Shown piece by piece: positions 1 to 13,766 of a stretch of 64,000 bases of DNA. The DNA is from Betaproteobacteria bacterium (GTDB taxonomy: Bacteria > Pseudomonadota > Gammaproteobacteria > Burkholderiales > SG8-39). Location of the stretch: contig JBQTJX010000014.1 in NCBI GenBank assembly GCA_052386675.1, forward strand, positions 18,120-82,119. The letters run 5' to 3'. Both the position numbers and the translations under genes were made by a program. Under the pieces are notes generated by a model, which was not told where the DNA came from, searched no databases, and worked only from the letters and a program-made list of their open reading frames with translations. The first letter of the stretch is position 1. Every line of letters starts with the position of its first letter.

Positions 1-799
1 TCCGCCGCCGGTGCTTTACTGCCGGGGCCGCGTTGAGCTGCTCGCGCGCCCCGCGCTGGCAGTGGTCGGAAGCCGAAACGCCACCGCGCAAGGCAAGCGT
101 GATGCGGAGACCTTCTCGCGAGCCTTCAGCGCCGCCGGCATCGCCATCATCTCGGGTCTTGCGCAGGGCGTGGATGCCGCCGCGCACCGTGGCGGGCTCG
201 CCGGAAGCGGTTCGACCATCGCGGTGCTGGGCACCGGCGTCGATCGCGTGTATCCGCATTCCAACGCGGCGCTTGCCGCCGACATCGAACGCGACGGACT
301 GCTGCTGTCGGAGTTCCCGCTTGGCACGCGGGCGCTGCCGCACCATTTTCCGCGCCGCAACCGGCTGATCAGCGGGCTGTCGCAAGGCTGCCTGGTGATC
401 GAGGCTGCGCTCGCCTCGGGTTCCCTGATCACCGCGCGCGCGGCAGCCGAGCAAGGCCGCGACGTGTTCGCACTGCCTGGTTCCATCCATTCGCCGCTCA
501 GCAAGGGCTGCCACGCGCTCATCAAGTCCGGCGCCAAGCTGGTCGAATCCGCAGAGGACGTGCTTGCCGAACTGCCAGGGTTCCGGCCGATCGCCCCAAG
601 CGCTCCAGGCACGTTGCCCGGGCGCGCCGTGGATCCAAGTCCATTGCTGGCGCACATGGACGTCAACCCAGTCGACGTCGATTCCCTCAGCGCGCGCTCC
701 GGGCAGGCCGCGCAGCAGGTCAGCGCCGAACTGCTTCGCCTGGAACTCGCCGGACTGGTCGCGGCATTGCCCGGCGGGCTCTACCAGAAATTGCATTGA
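1..799 (+). CDS. dprA: DNA-processing protein DprA/Smf, C-terminal ~265 aa (5' end outside window)
   Basis: Frame stays open to base 2. Translation carries DprA core motifs (ALAVVGSRNATAQG, IISGLAQGVDAAAHRG, VLGTGVDRVYP, FPRRNRLISGL). Confidence 0.9.
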   Translation, partial: PPPVLYCRGRVELLARPALAVVGSRNATAQGKRDAETFSRAFSAAGIAIISGLAQGVDAAAHRGGLAGSGSTIAVLGTGVDRVYPHSNAALAADIERDGLLLSEFPLGTRALPHHFPRRNRLISGLSQGCLVIEAALASGSLITARAAAEQGRDVFALPGSIHSPLSKGCHALIKSGAKLVESAEDVLAELPGFRPIAPSAPGTLPGRAVDPSPLLAHMDVNPVDVDSLSARSGQAAQQVSAELLRLELAGLVAALPGGLYQKLH

Positions 800-877
800 A
801 AACAAGGTTGCGCGGCTGACGAGGTTGTAAGGCCGCGCGCTTTGCAGGTATCCTCTGCCCCCTTTTCGGGCAAGCCC

Positions 878-3457
878 ATGTCGAAGAAGCTCATCATCGC
901 CGAGAAACCTTCCGTCGCCGCCGACATTGCGCGCGCGCTGGGCGGATTCACGCGCAAAGGCGACTACTTCGAGAGCGACGACTACGTGCTGTCCTCGGCG
1001 GTCGGCCACCTGCTGCAGCTCGCCCTGCCCGAGGAACACGACGTCAAGAAGGGCAAGTGGTCCTTCGCGCGCCTGCCGGTGGTGCCGCCGCATTTCGACC
1101 TGGCGCCGATCGAGAAGAACGAGCCGCGCCTCAACGTGCTGCTGAAGCTGATCAAGAGGAAGGACATCACCGGGCTGATCAATGCCTGCGACGCCGGCCG
1201 CGAGGGCGAGCTGATCTTCCGCTACATCGCCCAGTACGCGAAGGTGAAGAAGCCCATTGAGCGCCTCTGGCTGCAGTCCATGACGCAGGGCGCGATCCGG
1301 GAAGGCTTCGCGTCGCTGCGCCCTGATCGCGACATGCTGCCGTTGGCCGACGCCGCGAAATCACGCTCGGAAGCAGACTGGCTGGTGGGCATCAACGGCA
1401 CCCGCGCCATGACCGCCTTCAACTCGAAGGAAGGTGGCTTCTACCTCACCACGGTCGGTCGGGTACAAACTCCGACACTCGCGATCCTGCTCGAGCGCGA
1501 AGAAAAAATACGCGCCTTCAAGCCGAGGGACTACTGGGAAGTGCACGCTCGCTTCGGTGCCAAGGCAGGCGAATACCCGGGCCGCTGGTTCGATCCGAAG
1601 TTCAAGAAGGACGAGGACGGCGAGCGCAAGCAGGAGCGGATCTGGGACGAGAAGCGCGCGGTGGCTGTCGCGGCGGCGTGCACTGGCAAGATCGGCGTCG
1701 CCAGCGAGGAGACCAAGCCCTCCACCCAGGCCTCGCCGCTCCTGTATGACCTGACCAGCCTGCAGCGTGAGGCCAACGGCCGCTTCGGTTTTTCCGCCAA
1801 GGGCACGCTCTCGCTCGCCCAATCCCTGTACGAACGCCACAAGGTCCTCACCTATCCGCGAACCGACGCGCGCGCCTTGCCCGAGGACTACATCGCGACG
1901 GTGAAGAAGACCATGGACGCGCTCGCGCTGGCGAAGGAGTACGCACCCTTCGCGAAGCAGGTCCTGAAGGGCGGCTGGGTAAAGCCCAACCGCCGCATAT
2001 TCGACAACAGCAAGATCTCCGACCACTTCGCCATCATCCCGACGCTGCAGGCGCCAGGCCACCTGTCCGAGCCCGAGCAGAAACTCTACGACCTGGTGGT
2101 ACGGCGCTTCCTCGCGGTGTTCTTCCCATCGGCCGAGTTCCTCCAGACCACCCGCATCACCACCGTCGGCGAGGAGCAGTTCCGCACCGATGGCCGCGTC
2201 ATGCAGAGCCCGGGCTGGCTCGCGGTCTACGGCAAGAGCCTGCAGGACGAGACCGTCACCCTGCCTGCGATCGAACAGCGCGAGAAGGTCAAGACGGTCG
2301 AGGTGAACGCGATCGCCAACCAGACCCGGCCGCCCGCGCGCTACAACGAAGCCACGCTGCTCTCGGCGATGGAAGGCGCGGGCAAGCTGCTAGAGGATGA
2401 CGAACTGCGCGAGGCGATGGGCGCCAAGGGCCTGGGCACACCGGCGACGCGCGCCGCGGTGATCGAGGGCCTGATCAACGAAAAGTACCTCGAGCGCCTG
2501 GGCCGCGAGCTAAAGCCCACCTGGAAAGCCTTCCGGCTGTTCTTCGCGCTGCGCCACTTCGGCGTCGACGAAATCACCTCGCCCGAGCTCACCGGCGACT
2601 GGGAATCCAAGCTCAAGCAGATGGAGCAGGCCCGGCTGCCGCGCGAGAAGTTCATGGAGCACATCGAGCAGGTGGCGCGCGACCTGGTCGAGCGCGTCCG
2701 CAAAGGCACCATCCCTGAGACAGCCTTTGCAACGGTGTCCGCGCCCTGCCCGAAATGCGGTGGCGTGATCCAGGAGACCTACCGCAAGTTCCAGTGCCAG
2801 AACTGCGATTTCTACATCTGGCCGGTTCTGCTCGGTCGCGAATGGTCCCCCGAGGAGGTCGCCGAGCTGGTGACCAACAAGTTCATCGGGCCCCTGAACG
2901 GATTTCGCAGCAAGCAGGGACGGCCTTTCTCGGCCGGCTTGAAGCTCTCCCCGGAGCACCGCATCGAGTTCGATTTCGGCCAGCCGCTGGACGGCGAGGG
3001 CTCCGAAGCCCCCGATTTCAGCGGCCAGGAAGCACTCGGCGCCTGCCCGAAGTGCGACTCGCGCGTGTTCGAGCACGGGGTGTCGTATATCTGCGAGAAG
3101 TCTGTGGGGCCCAAGCGCAGCTGCGACTTCCGCAGCGGCCGCATGATCCTGCAGCAGCCGGTGGAGCGCGAGCAGATGCAGAAGCTGCTTGCCACCGGGC
3201 GCACCGACCTGCTGGTCAACTTCGTTTCCCGCAAGGGGCGCAAGTTCAAGGCCTTCCTGGTGAAAACCCCGGGTGGCAAGGTGGGCTTTGAGTTCATGGC
3301 GCGGACCGAGAAGCCCGGCGCCGCAGCCAAGGCGGCGAGAACCGCCGCCAGGGCTGAACCGGAAGCCGCACCCGAAGTGAAGCCGCTGAAGAAGAAGGCG
3401 ACCACGAAGGCCAAGCCGGCTGCAAGGCCGGCCGCCAGGAAGCGCCGCGCCGCCTAG
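878..3457 (+). CDS. topB: Type IA DNA topoisomerase, topoisomerase III-like
   Basis: ORF opens at 842, but ATG 878 gives MSKKLIIAEKPSVAADIARALG (TOPRIM AEKPS). Also DAGREGE, active-site Tyr context LTYPRTDARALPED, two C-terminal Cys4 zinc ribbons (CPKCGG..CQNCDF; CPKCDS..CEKS..CDF) and a Lys/Ala/Pro-rich basic tail. Confidence 0.85.
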   Translation: MSKKLIIAEKPSVAADIARALGGFTRKGDYFESDDYVLSSAVGHLLQLALPEEHDVKKGKWSFARLPVVPPHFDLAPIEKNEPRLNVLLKLIKRKDITGLINACDAGREGELIFRYIAQYAKVKKPIERLWLQSMTQGAIREGFASLRPDRDMLPLADAAKSRSEADWLVGINGTRAMTAFNSKEGGFYLTTVGRVQTPTLAILLEREEKIRAFKPRDYWEVHARFGAKAGEYPGRWFDPKFKKDEDGERKQERIWDEKRAVAVAAACTGKIGVASEETKPSTQASPLLYDLTSLQREANGRFGFSAKGTLSLAQSLYERHKVLTYPRTDARALPEDYIATVKKTMDALALAKEYAPFAKQVLKGGWVKPNRRIFDNSKISDHFAIIPTLQAPGHLSEPEQKLYDLVVRRFLAVFFPSAEFLQTTRITTVGEEQFRTDGRVMQSPGWLAVYGKSLQDETVTLPAIEQREKVKTVEVNAIANQTRPPARYNEATLLSAMEGAGKLLEDDELREAMGAKGLGTPATRAAVIEGLINEKYLERLGRELKPTWKAFRLFFALRHFGVDEITSPELTGDWESKLKQMEQARLPREKFMEHIEQVARDLVERVRKGTIPETAFATVSAPCPKCGGVIQETYRKFQCQNCDFYIWPVLLGREWSPEEVAELVTNKFIGPLNGFRSKQGRPFSAGLKLSPEHRIEFDFGQPLDGEGSEAPDFSGQEALGACPKCDSRVFEHGVSYICEKSVGPKRSCDFRSGRMILQQPVEREQMQKLLATGRTDLLVNFVSRKGRKFKAFLVKTPGGKVGFEFMARTEKPGAAAKAARTAARAEPEAAPEVKPLKKKATTKAKPAARPAARKRRAA

Positions 3458-3464
3458 CCGGGCC

Positions 3465-7002
<3,538 letters not shown>

Positions 7003-7045
7003 TCTTGATTCCTTAATTTAAAGTAGTAATAGCTAGTAAGGTATG
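7003..7045. promoter_or_regulatory. AT-rich tract (about 28% GC by hand count) next to DnaA-box-like sites; candidate unwinding element or dnaN promoter/RBS region
   Basis: tcttgattccttaatttaaagtagtaatagctagtaaggtatg has about 12 G/C in 43 nt, in a window that is otherwise about 65-70% GC. Confidence 0.35.
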
Positions 7046-7137
7046 GCCGGATCTTGGATAAGTCGGAATCCCGAACTAGTGCAACAGCTTGCTCAATGAA
7101 TGCCGATCCGGAACCTGTTGATGCTTTCGCGACGGAT

Positions 7138-7146
7138 TGTGGATGA
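7138..7146 (-). promoter_or_regulatory. DnaA-box-like 9-mer (TCATCCACA on the minus strand, 8/9 to TTATCCACA)
   Basis: Plus strand reads TGTGGATGA in the dnaA-dnaN spacer. Confidence 0.35.
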
Positions 7147-7173
7147 TTGCTGCGGCTGCGCGCGGCAGCCTCC

Positions 7174-7182
7174 TTATCCACA
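7174..7182 (+). promoter_or_regulatory. Perfect consensus DnaA box TTATCCACA
   Basis: Exact 9-mer read in the 212-bp dnaA-dnaN spacer, 32 nt downstream of the dnaA stop. Confidence 0.55.
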
Positions 7183-7214
7183 TTTCTTCCCGCGCTTGCG
7201 CACAACTTGTTCAT

Positions 7215-8567
7215 TCAGCCCTTCAGAACCTGTTCGAGCAGGTGGTAGTCGCGATTGAGACCCTGGTCCGTCTTGCGTAGCGTGGCGATGGTGCGGCAAG
7301 CGTGCAAAACAGTGGTGTGATCGCGGTTGCCGAAGGCTTCGCCGATCTCCGGCAAACTCATCTGGGTGAGGTCCTTGGCGAGCGCCATGGCCACTTGTCG
7401 CGGCCGGGCGACATTGCGCGTGCGCCGCTTGGAATGCATATCCGACATCTTGATCTTGAAGTACTCCGCCACGGTTTTCTGGATGCCCTCGACGCTGATC
7501 TGGCGGTTGGCCACGTGCAGGATATCGCGCAGCGCCTCGCGCGCCAGTTCCAGAGACAGTTCGCGCCCGGTGAAACGCGCGTAGGCGAGCACCTTCTTCA
7601 GCGCACCTTCCAGTTCGCGGACGTTCGAGCGGATGTGCTTGGCGATGAAGAAGGCGATGTCTTCGGGCAGCGCGGTGGTCTCTACTTCCGCCTTCTTCAG
7701 CACGATCGCGACCCTCATCTCCAGTTCCGGGGGCTCGATGGCCACCGTCAGCCCCCAGCCAAAGCGCGAAATGAGGCGCTCCTGCATGCCCGCGATTTCC
7801 TTGGGGTACGTGTCGCACGTAATCACAATCTGCTTGTGAGCCTCCACCAGGGCGTTGAAGGCATAGAAGAACTCCTCCTGGGTGCGGTCCTTGTTGGAGA
7901 AGAACTGGATGTCGTCGATCAGCAGCAGGTCAAGTGAATGGTAGTAGCGTTTAAATTCCTCGAAGGATTTCTGCTGGTAGGCGCGCACCACGTCGGTCAC
8001 GTACTGTTCCGCGTGGGAGTAGCGAATCCTGGCCTCAGGCCGGGCCGCGGCGACGCAGTTGCCGATGGCGAGCAGCAGGTGCGTCTTGCCCAGACCGACG
8101 CCGCCGTAGATGAACAGGGGGTTGTAGGATATCCCGGGGTTCTCGGCCACCTGCACCGCGGCGGCGCGGGCGAGTTGGTTGGCTTTGCCGGTTACCAGAC
8201 TCTCAAAGCTGAACTGGCTGTTGAACTGCGCCCGCTCCGGGACGACGCGCGTCGGTCCACGCGCGGTGCCGGGTGCCGCCCCGGGCGCGGCGGAAAGGGT
8301 GCCGCGGATGGGGTTCTCTGCCGGCCGGGCGAGCACCACCTTGACGAGCGTTTCGCGACCGCAGGTCTCCTCCGCCAGCCTGCCGATGCGGGCGACGAAG
8401 CGCTCACGCACCATTTGCAGCACGAACCTGTTCGGGGCGGTCAGAACCAGCGCCGCTGGGTCGGCCGCGTCGGCTTCCGGGGCCAGGGGCCGGATCCAGG
8501 TGTTGAACTGTTGCGCGGGCAGCTCCTGCTCGAGTCGGCGCAGGCAGGCATGCCAGAGGGTCTGCAT
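7215..8567 (-). CDS. dnaA: Chromosomal replication initiator DnaA
   Basis: 450 aa. AAA+ Walker A ([11 protein letters not shown]), Walker B (LLLIDDIQF) and C-terminal DNA-binding helix region ([12 protein letters not shown]). Confidence 0.97.
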   Translation of the reverse strand: MQTLWHACLRRLEQELPAQQFNTWIRPLAPEADAADPAALVLTAPNRFVLQMVRERFVARIGRLAEETCGRETLVKVVLARPAENPIRGTLSAAPGAAPGTARGPTRVVPERAQFNSQFSFESLVTGKANQLARAAAVQVAENPGISYNPLFIYGGVGLGKTHLLLAIGNCVAAARPEARIRYSHAEQYVTDVVRAYQQKSFEEFKRYYHSLDLLLIDDIQFFSNKDRTQEEFFYAFNALVEAHKQIVITCDTYPKEIAGMQERLISRFGWGLTVAIEPPELEMRVAIVLKKAEVETTALPEDIAFFIAKHIRSNVRELEGALKKVLAYARFTGRELSLELAREALRDILHVANRQISVEGIQKTVAEYFKIKMSDMHSKRRTRNVARPRQVAMALAKDLTQMSLPEIGEAFGNRDHTTVLHACRTIATLRKTDQGLNRDYHLLEQVLKG

Positions 8568-8687
8568 CGTGTTCGCGGGGTCCGGTCGGGCGCTGGTTCG
8601 TTGTATTCGGGGAGATTCTTCGGGAGGAAGTAGCCGCTTCGAAGATAATGCACCGGCGGGAGAGAATTTTACTCGTTCCGGGACGGG

Positions 8688-8696
8688 TTATCCACA
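8688..8696 (+). promoter_or_regulatory. Perfect consensus DnaA box TTATCCACA upstream of dnaA
   Basis: Exact 9-mer in the 242-bp divergent dnaA/rpmH spacer, 121 nt from the dnaA start. This position fits dnaA autoregulation. Confidence 0.55.
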
Positions 8697-8752
8697 GGCC
8701 GGGACGCAATCGATCTCCCTGATTCCGACGCGACGGCCAGAATAAGGAACAT

Positions 8753-8782
8753 TTGACAAGGCTTTGATGCGCGGGCTCTAAT
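8753..8782 (+). promoter_or_regulatory. sigma70-like promoter for rpmH (TTGACA-N18-TCTAAT)
   Basis: Perfect -35 at 8753-8758 and a 5/6 -10 at 8777-8782, 27 nt upstream of the rpmH ATG. Confidence 0.45.
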
Positions 8783-8809
8783 ACCGCCCTTTTTCAATCG
8801 AGCGCGACG

Positions 8810-8944
8810 ATGAAGCGAACTTACCAACCCTCCAAAACCCGGCGCGCGCGCCGCCACGGATTTCTTGTGCGCAAGCGCACGCGGGGCGGCCGTGCCGTGC
8901 TCGCCGCGCGCAGGGCGAAGGGGCGCAAGCGCCTCGCGCTCTAG
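8810..8944 (+). CDS. rpmH: 50S ribosomal protein L34
   Basis: 44-codon ORF below the track cutoff, translated by hand: [44 protein letters not shown]. Confidence 0.95.
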   Translation: MKRTYQPSKTRRARRHGFLVRKRTRGGRAVLAARRAKGRKRLAL

Positions 8945-8958
8945 ACCGGCCGCCCGGC

Positions 8959-9324
8959 GTGCCCGACAGGCCGGAGCGGGCACGGCTGGGACTGGGGCCG
9001 GAGCGTCGCATCCGCGGCACCGGCGCGTTCGGACCGCTGCTGCGCGAGGGAAAGCGCAGTACCAGCAGGGGATTCGTGTTCTTCCTGGTGCGGCGCGAAT
9101 CCGGGCCGCCGCGGCTGGGAATCCTGATATCACGCAAGCATTCGGCAAAGGCGACCGTGCGCAACCACATCAAGCGCTGTATCCGCGAGGCCTTCCGGCT
9201 TGAGCAGGCGGCGCTCGCTTCGCTGGGTGCCGTGGACCTGCTCGTGCGGCCGCCCTACGGGGCGATGCCCGGGCCGGGGATGATCGTGCTTCTGCGCGGC
9301 TTGCTGGCGGGGCTCAAGGCATGA
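8959..9324 (+). CDS. rnpA: RNase P protein component
   Basis: 121 aa with a GTG start. Contains the RNR-type basic motif region [17 protein letters not shown]. Canonical position between rpmH and yidD. Confidence 0.8.
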   Translation: MPDRPERARLGLGPERRIRGTGAFGPLLREGKRSTSRGFVFFLVRRESGPPRLGILISRKHSAKATVRNHIKRCIREAFRLEQAALASLGAVDLLVRPPYGAMPGPGMIVLLRGLLAGLKA

Positions 9325-9575
9325 TCGCCGGCGCGATGCGCCTGCTGGTGCGCGGCTACCGCTATTGCCTCAGCCCGCTCCTGCCGCCGTCCTGCCGATT
9401 CCATCCGAGCTGCTCGGCCTATGCCGAGGAGGCCCTTGGACGATACGGCGCAGCGAAGGGTGGCTGGTTGGCCGCGCGACGCTTGTGCCGCTGCGGCCCC
9501 TGGAGCCAGGGCGGCTTCGACCCGGTGCCGGATCCGGCACCCGCCGCGGAGCCGGCGGTTACCGCGCAACCTTGA
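9321..9575 (+). CDS. yidD: Membrane protein insertion efficiency factor YidD
   Basis: [31 protein letters not shown] matches the YidD signature. Its ATG overlaps the rnpA stop (ATGA). Confidence 0.9.
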   Translation: MIAGAMRLLVRGYRYCLSPLLPPSCRFHPSCSAYAEEALGRYGAAKGGWLAARRLCRCGPWSQGGFDPVPDPAPAAEPAVTAQP

Positions 9576-9588
9576 TCGGGAAATTCCA

Positions 9589-11289
9589 TTGGATACGCAG
9601 CGACTGATCCTGTTCTTCGTCTTCAGCTTCTCCCTGCTGCTGCTTTGGGACGCATGGGAAAAGCAGAACCGTCCCAAACCGGTGGCGGCACAGGCGCAGA
9701 GCGCGGCCGGGGTGCCGGCGCCCGCAGCGCCGGCGGCACCTTCGTCCGGGCCCGCAGCCACCGCACCGGCCGCGCCCGGGGTTCCGGGCCAGCCGGCCGC
9801 TGCGCCCGCGATTGCCACGCCTCAGGCCGCCGCCGCGACCAAGGGCGAGATCGTTCGGGTCCGCAGCGATCTGCTGCTGGCCGAAATCGACACCGTTGGC
9901 GGAACGTTGAAACGCGTTGAGCTCCTCAAGCACAAGGACACTGTCGACGAAAAGAAGAACTTCGCCCTGCTCGGGCCCGAGTTCGCCTACGAGGCGCAGA
10001 GCGGCCTGGCGGGCGAAGGCGGCCCCAACCACCGCAGCGCGTGGCGGCTGCTGCCGGGTGCTCGCGCGCTCGAGCCCGGCCAGGCGAGCTTCGAGGTTCG
10101 CCTAGCCGCCGAGGGTCACGACGGCCTCGCGGTAGAGAAGACCTACACCTTTCGCCGCGACAGCTACATCGTCGAGGTCGCCTTCGAGGTCCGCAACAAC
10201 GGCGCCGCGCCGGCGTCGCCTTTTGCCTACTTCCAGCTGACGCACAACGGCAAGCTGCCTGCGGGCGGCGATTCCCTGGCGCAGTCCTTCGGCGCCCAGA
10301 GCTTCTTCGGCTTCGCGGTCTACACCGAGGAGAAGAAATTCCAGAAAGTGGCGCTCAGCGACATCGACAAGGGCAAGCCGGACCACGTCCGGCAGGCGAA
10401 GGACGGCTGGCTTGCCTTCGTGCAGCACTACTTCGTCACCGGCTGGCTGCCGGCGGCCGGCATCGCGCGCGACTATGCGATGGAGAAGCGCCAGGACGGG
10501 AGCTACGCCGCGCGCGTCATGGTGCCCTCAGCGGCAATCGCCCCGGGCGCCAGCGCCAAGCTGTCGGCGCCGCTCTACGTCGGGCCACAAGAACAGCGCC
10601 GGCTTAGCGCAGCTGCTCCCGGGTTCGAGCTGGTGGTGGATTACGGCTGGCTCACCATAATTGCCTGGCCGCTGTGGGCGGTGCTGGAGTTCTTCCACCA
10701 GATGTCGGGCAACTGGGGTGTGGCCATCATCCTGCTGACGGTGACTATCAAGCTGGTGTTCTTCCCGCTGTCTGCGGCGAGCTACAAGTCGATGGCCAAG
10801 ATGAAGCTGATCACGCCGCGACTCACCAAGATCCGCGAGATGTACGAGCACGACCGCAACAAGATGAACCAGGCGATGATGGAGTTGTACCGCACCGAGA
10901 AGATCAACCCGCTCGGCGGCTGCTTCCCGATCCTGGTTCAGATCCCGGTGGTCATCGCGCTGTACTGGGTGCTCCTGGCCGCTATCGAGCTCAGGCACGC
11001 GCCGTTCATCCTCTGGATCCACGATCTGTCGGCGCTCGACCCCTACTACGTGCTGCCGGTGCTGATGACCGTCACCATGATCATCCAGACCAAATTGAAT
11101 CCGGTGCCGCCGGATCCGGTGCAGGCGAAGGTGATGCAGTTCATGCCCTACGTCTTCAGCGTGTTTTTCTTCTTCTTCCCGGCCGGGCTGGTGCTGTACT
11201 GGCTGATCAACAACATCCTCTCCATTCTCCAGCAGTGGCAGATCCAGCGCATGTTCGAGCGCGACAAACCTGCCCATGCCAAGCGGTGA
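9589..11289 (+). CDS. yidC: Membrane protein insertase YidC
   Basis: ORF is open from 9421, but a YidC-like N-terminus ([23 protein letters not shown]) begins at TTG 9589, 13 nt after the yidD stop. The C-terminal insertase core is present ([39 protein letters not shown]). The start codon is uncertain. Confidence 0.9.
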   Translation: MDTQRLILFFVFSFSLLLLWDAWEKQNRPKPVAAQAQSAAGVPAPAAPAAPSSGPAATAPAAPGVPGQPAAAPAIATPQAAAATKGEIVRVRSDLLLAEIDTVGGTLKRVELLKHKDTVDEKKNFALLGPEFAYEAQSGLAGEGGPNHRSAWRLLPGARALEPGQASFEVRLAAEGHDGLAVEKTYTFRRDSYIVEVAFEVRNNGAAPASPFAYFQLTHNGKLPAGGDSLAQSFGAQSFFGFAVYTEEKKFQKVALSDIDKGKPDHVRQAKDGWLAFVQHYFVTGWLPAAGIARDYAMEKRQDGSYAARVMVPSAAIAPGASAKLSAPLYVGPQEQRRLSAAAPGFELVVDYGWLTIIAWPLWAVLEFFHQMSGNWGVAIILLTVTIKLVFFPLSAASYKSMAKMKLITPRLTKIREMYEHDRNKMNQAMMELYRTEKINPLGGCFPILVQIPVVIALYWVLLAAIELRHAPFILWIHDLSALDPYYVLPVLMTVTMIIQTKLNPVPPDPVQAKVMQFMPYVFSVFFFFFPAGLVLYWLINNILSILQQWQIQRMFERDKPAHAKR

Positions 11290-12637
11290 TCTGACGAAGG
11301 AACCGCTAGCCCCCGACACGATCGCCGCCATCGCCACGCCCCCGGGGCGGGGCGGGATCGGCGTGGTGAGGGTCTCCGGGTCGCGCGTACCGGACATCGC
11401 CCGCGTGCTTCTGGGCGTGCTGCCCAAGCCCCGCGCGGCGGTCCTTGCCACGGTGCGCAATGCCGGCGGCGACAAGCTGGACCGGGGCCTGGCCCTCTAC
11501 TTTCCCGCGCCGCACTCCTATACCGGCGAAGACGTGCTCGAGTTCCAGGGACATGGCGGGCCGGTGGTGATGCAAGCGGTACTGGGCGCGGTGCTGGATG
11601 CCGGCGCGCGCCTGGCCGATCCGGGCGAATACACGCGCCGGGCTTTTCTCAATGACTGCCTCGACCTCGCCCAGGCTGAAGCCGTAGCCGACCTTATTGA
11701 TGCCGCCAGTTCGGAGGCGGCGCGCTCGGCGATGCGGTCGCTGGACGGGGAGTTCTCCGCGGCGGTGCGACAGCTGGTGGCGGAACTGACCGAGCTGCGC
11801 GCACTTACCGAGGCCATGTTGGATTTCCCGGAGGAGGAGGTGGACGAGCTGCACCGCGACGACGCGCACGGACGGCTGGCGTCGACGCGGACCGCGCTGG
11901 AGACCGTGCTGGCGCGCAGCCGGCAGGGAAGGCTGCTTCGGGAAGGGCTGCACGTGGTGATCGCCGGTCGGCCAAATGTCGGCAAGTCCAGCCTGCTCAA
12001 CCGGCTGGCGGGCGCCGAGCGTGCCATCGTGACGCCGGTGGCAGGTACCACGCGCGACCTGGTGAGGGAGGACATCCGCATCGAGGGCGTGCCGCTGCAT
12101 GTGGTGGATACCGCCGGCTTGCGGGATGCAGCGGATCCGGTGGAGAAGATCGGGATCGAGCGCGCCTGGCAGGAGATCGGACGGGCAGACGTTGTGCTCG
12201 CTGTGCAGGAAGCGGGAACGCCGCGTGACGATGGGGCGCTATCCGCGAGATTGGAGGCGATTTTGCCAGGGGGTGCGGTCCGGATTCGCGTCGTCAACAA
12301 GATCGACCTGGCCGGGGTGGCCGCCGGACGGCGCGAGGGCGAGGTCCGGCTGTCCGCGAGGACAGGGGAAGGGATTGACCTGCTTCGCGAGGCACTGCTG
12401 GAAGCCGCCGGCTGGACGCGAAGCGGGGAATCGGTGTTCCTCGCCCGCGAGCGGCACCTGCGCGCGCTGGGTCGCGCGCGGACGCATCTTGCGGCAGCCG
12501 CGGCACAGGGCGGTCGCTGGGAACTGTTCGCCGAGGAACTGCGCCTGGCGCAGGAGGCGCTGTCCGAGATCACCGGCGAGGTCACCTCCGAGGACCTGCT
12601 GGGCGAGATTTTCGGCCGGTTCTGCATCGGGAAATAG
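11276..12637 (+). CDS. mnmE: tRNA modification GTPase MnmE/TrmE
   Basis: 453 aa. [23 protein letters not shown]-domain motifs [12 protein letters not shown] and DTAGLR, C-terminal CIGK. Confidence 0.96.
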   Translation: MPSGDLTKEPLAPDTIAAIATPPGRGGIGVVRVSGSRVPDIARVLLGVLPKPRAAVLATVRNAGGDKLDRGLALYFPAPHSYTGEDVLEFQGHGGPVVMQAVLGAVLDAGARLADPGEYTRRAFLNDCLDLAQAEAVADLIDAASSEAARSAMRSLDGEFSAAVRQLVAELTELRALTEAMLDFPEEEVDELHRDDAHGRLASTRTALETVLARSRQGRLLREGLHVVIAGRPNVGKSSLLNRLAGAERAIVTPVAGTTRDLVREDIRIEGVPLHVVDTAGLRDAADPVEKIGIERAWQEIGRADVVLAVQEAGTPRDDGALSARLEAILPGGAVRIRVVNKIDLAGVAAGRREGEVRLSARTGEGIDLLREALLEAAGWTRSGESVFLARERHLRALGRARTHLAAAAAQGGRWELFAEELRLAQEALSEITGEVTSEDLLGEIFGRFCIGK

Positions 12638-12664
12638 GGGCGCGCCAGGCGCGGTGGACGGATG

Positions 12665-12703
12665 GATGTAACCGATCGGGGCGAGTATATACTTGACAAA
12701 CGC
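12665..12703 (+). repeat. Left terminal inverted repeat of the IS element
   Basis: GATGTAACCGATCGGGGCGAGTATATACTTGACAAACGC. Contains TTGACA (12693-12698), which with CAGAAT (12716-12721, 17-nt spacer) could drive the transposase. Confidence 0.8.
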
Positions 12704-12743
12704 ATAACAGGGGGCCAGAATAGGGTCACTTTCAGAGGCCCCC

Positions 12744-13676
12744 ATGACCAAAGCACCCGCCAGCCATACCGAAGCCCACTTCCACGACGAGGAAGCCGCC
12801 CGCGCCCACCTTGAGGCCACCCGCTGGCCCAATGGCCCGGAATGCCCCCACTGTGGCGGCGTGGAGCGCATCAGCCGCATTGAGGCGAACCCGGCGAAGA
12901 AGGTCCGCGCTGGCCTTCTGTTCTGCGGGGACTGCCGCCAGCAGTTCTCCGTTACCGTGGGGACGGTCTTCGAGGACTCGAAGCTTCCCATCCACAAGTG
13001 GGTGTACGCGATTCACCTGATTTGCGCGTCCAAGAAGGGCATCAGCTCGAAGCAGCTTGAGCGCGTTCTTGGCGTGACCTACAAAACGGCGTGGTTCATG
13101 TCGCATCGCATCCGTGAGGCGATGGGCAAGGCCTACAGCACTCCGATGGGCGGCAAGGGCAAGATTGTTGAGGTTGACGAGACCTACTACGGCAACCTTC
13201 CGGGCAAGGAAATCCGCCCCGGCTCGAAGAAGCACAAGAACAAGATCATGGCCCTTGTGGAGCGCGGCGGGGACGTTCGCGCCATGCACGTTGCCGAGGT
13301 TGACGGGCGCAACGTGAAGGACATTCTCCAGGCCCAGGTCGCGGACCAAACCCACGTCATGACGGACGAGGCCCGTATCTACGCTTCCATCCCCTACAAG
13401 CACAGCACGGTTAATCACAGCATCTACGAGTACGCCCGTGGCAACGTGACCACGAATACCGTGGAAGGCTTCTTCTCCATCCTCAAGCGCGGCCTTACTG
13501 GCGTTTATCAGCACGTCAGCGAACAGCACCTCCAGCGCTACGTCTCGGAATTCGAGTTCCGTTACAACAATCGTGAGGCGCAAGGGATTGACGATCAGCA
13601 GCGCGCCGCGATCCTGATGAAAGGCATTCAGGGCAAGCGTCTCACCTATCGGCGGACTCACGAAGCCTCCGCGTGA
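12744..13676 (+). CDS. IS1595-family (ISXO2-like) DDE transposase
   Basis: 310 aa. N-terminal zinc ribbon (RWPNGPECPHCGG...LFCGDCRQQFSVTVGTVFE), then a DDE-type core (VEVDETYYG, VMTDEARIY, NTVEGFFSILKRG, YVSEFEFRYNNR). GAGG lies 5 nt upstream of the ATG. Confidence 0.9.
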   Translation: MTKAPASHTEAHFHDEEAARAHLEATRWPNGPECPHCGGVERISRIEANPAKKVRAGLLFCGDCRQQFSVTVGTVFEDSKLPIHKWVYAIHLICASKKGISSKQLERVLGVTYKTAWFMSHRIREAMGKAYSTPMGGKGKIVEVDETYYGNLPGKEIRPGSKKHKNKIMALVERGGDVRAMHVAEVDGRNVKDILQAQVADQTHVMTDEARIYASIPYKHSTVNHSIYEYARGNVTTNTVEGFFSILKRGLTGVYQHVSEQHLQRYVSEFEFRYNNREAQGIDDQQRAAILMKGIQGKRLTYRRTHEASA

Positions 13677-13766
13677 GGCTTTGCTAGTGACCATCATCGC
13701 CATGCTCCGAGAGATAGCCAAGCGAAAGACGCCGGAGCAATTGAGTTTGGATTTTTACCGCTAGTC

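Noticed and set aside
8568-8809. dnaA-rpmH divergent spacer as the complete oriC
   Set aside because: I found only one DnaA box (8688-8696) and no strongly AT-rich tract. A dnaA autoregulatory site plus the rpmH and dnaA promoters explains it better. It is kept as a feature, not as an origin call.
12732-13721. 329-aa minus-strand ORF antisense to the transposase
   Set aside because: The plus-strand product has clear IS1595 transposase motifs. The antisense translation is low-complexity (Ala/Gly/Arg/Leu-rich) with no recognisable domain. This is a typical shadow ORF.
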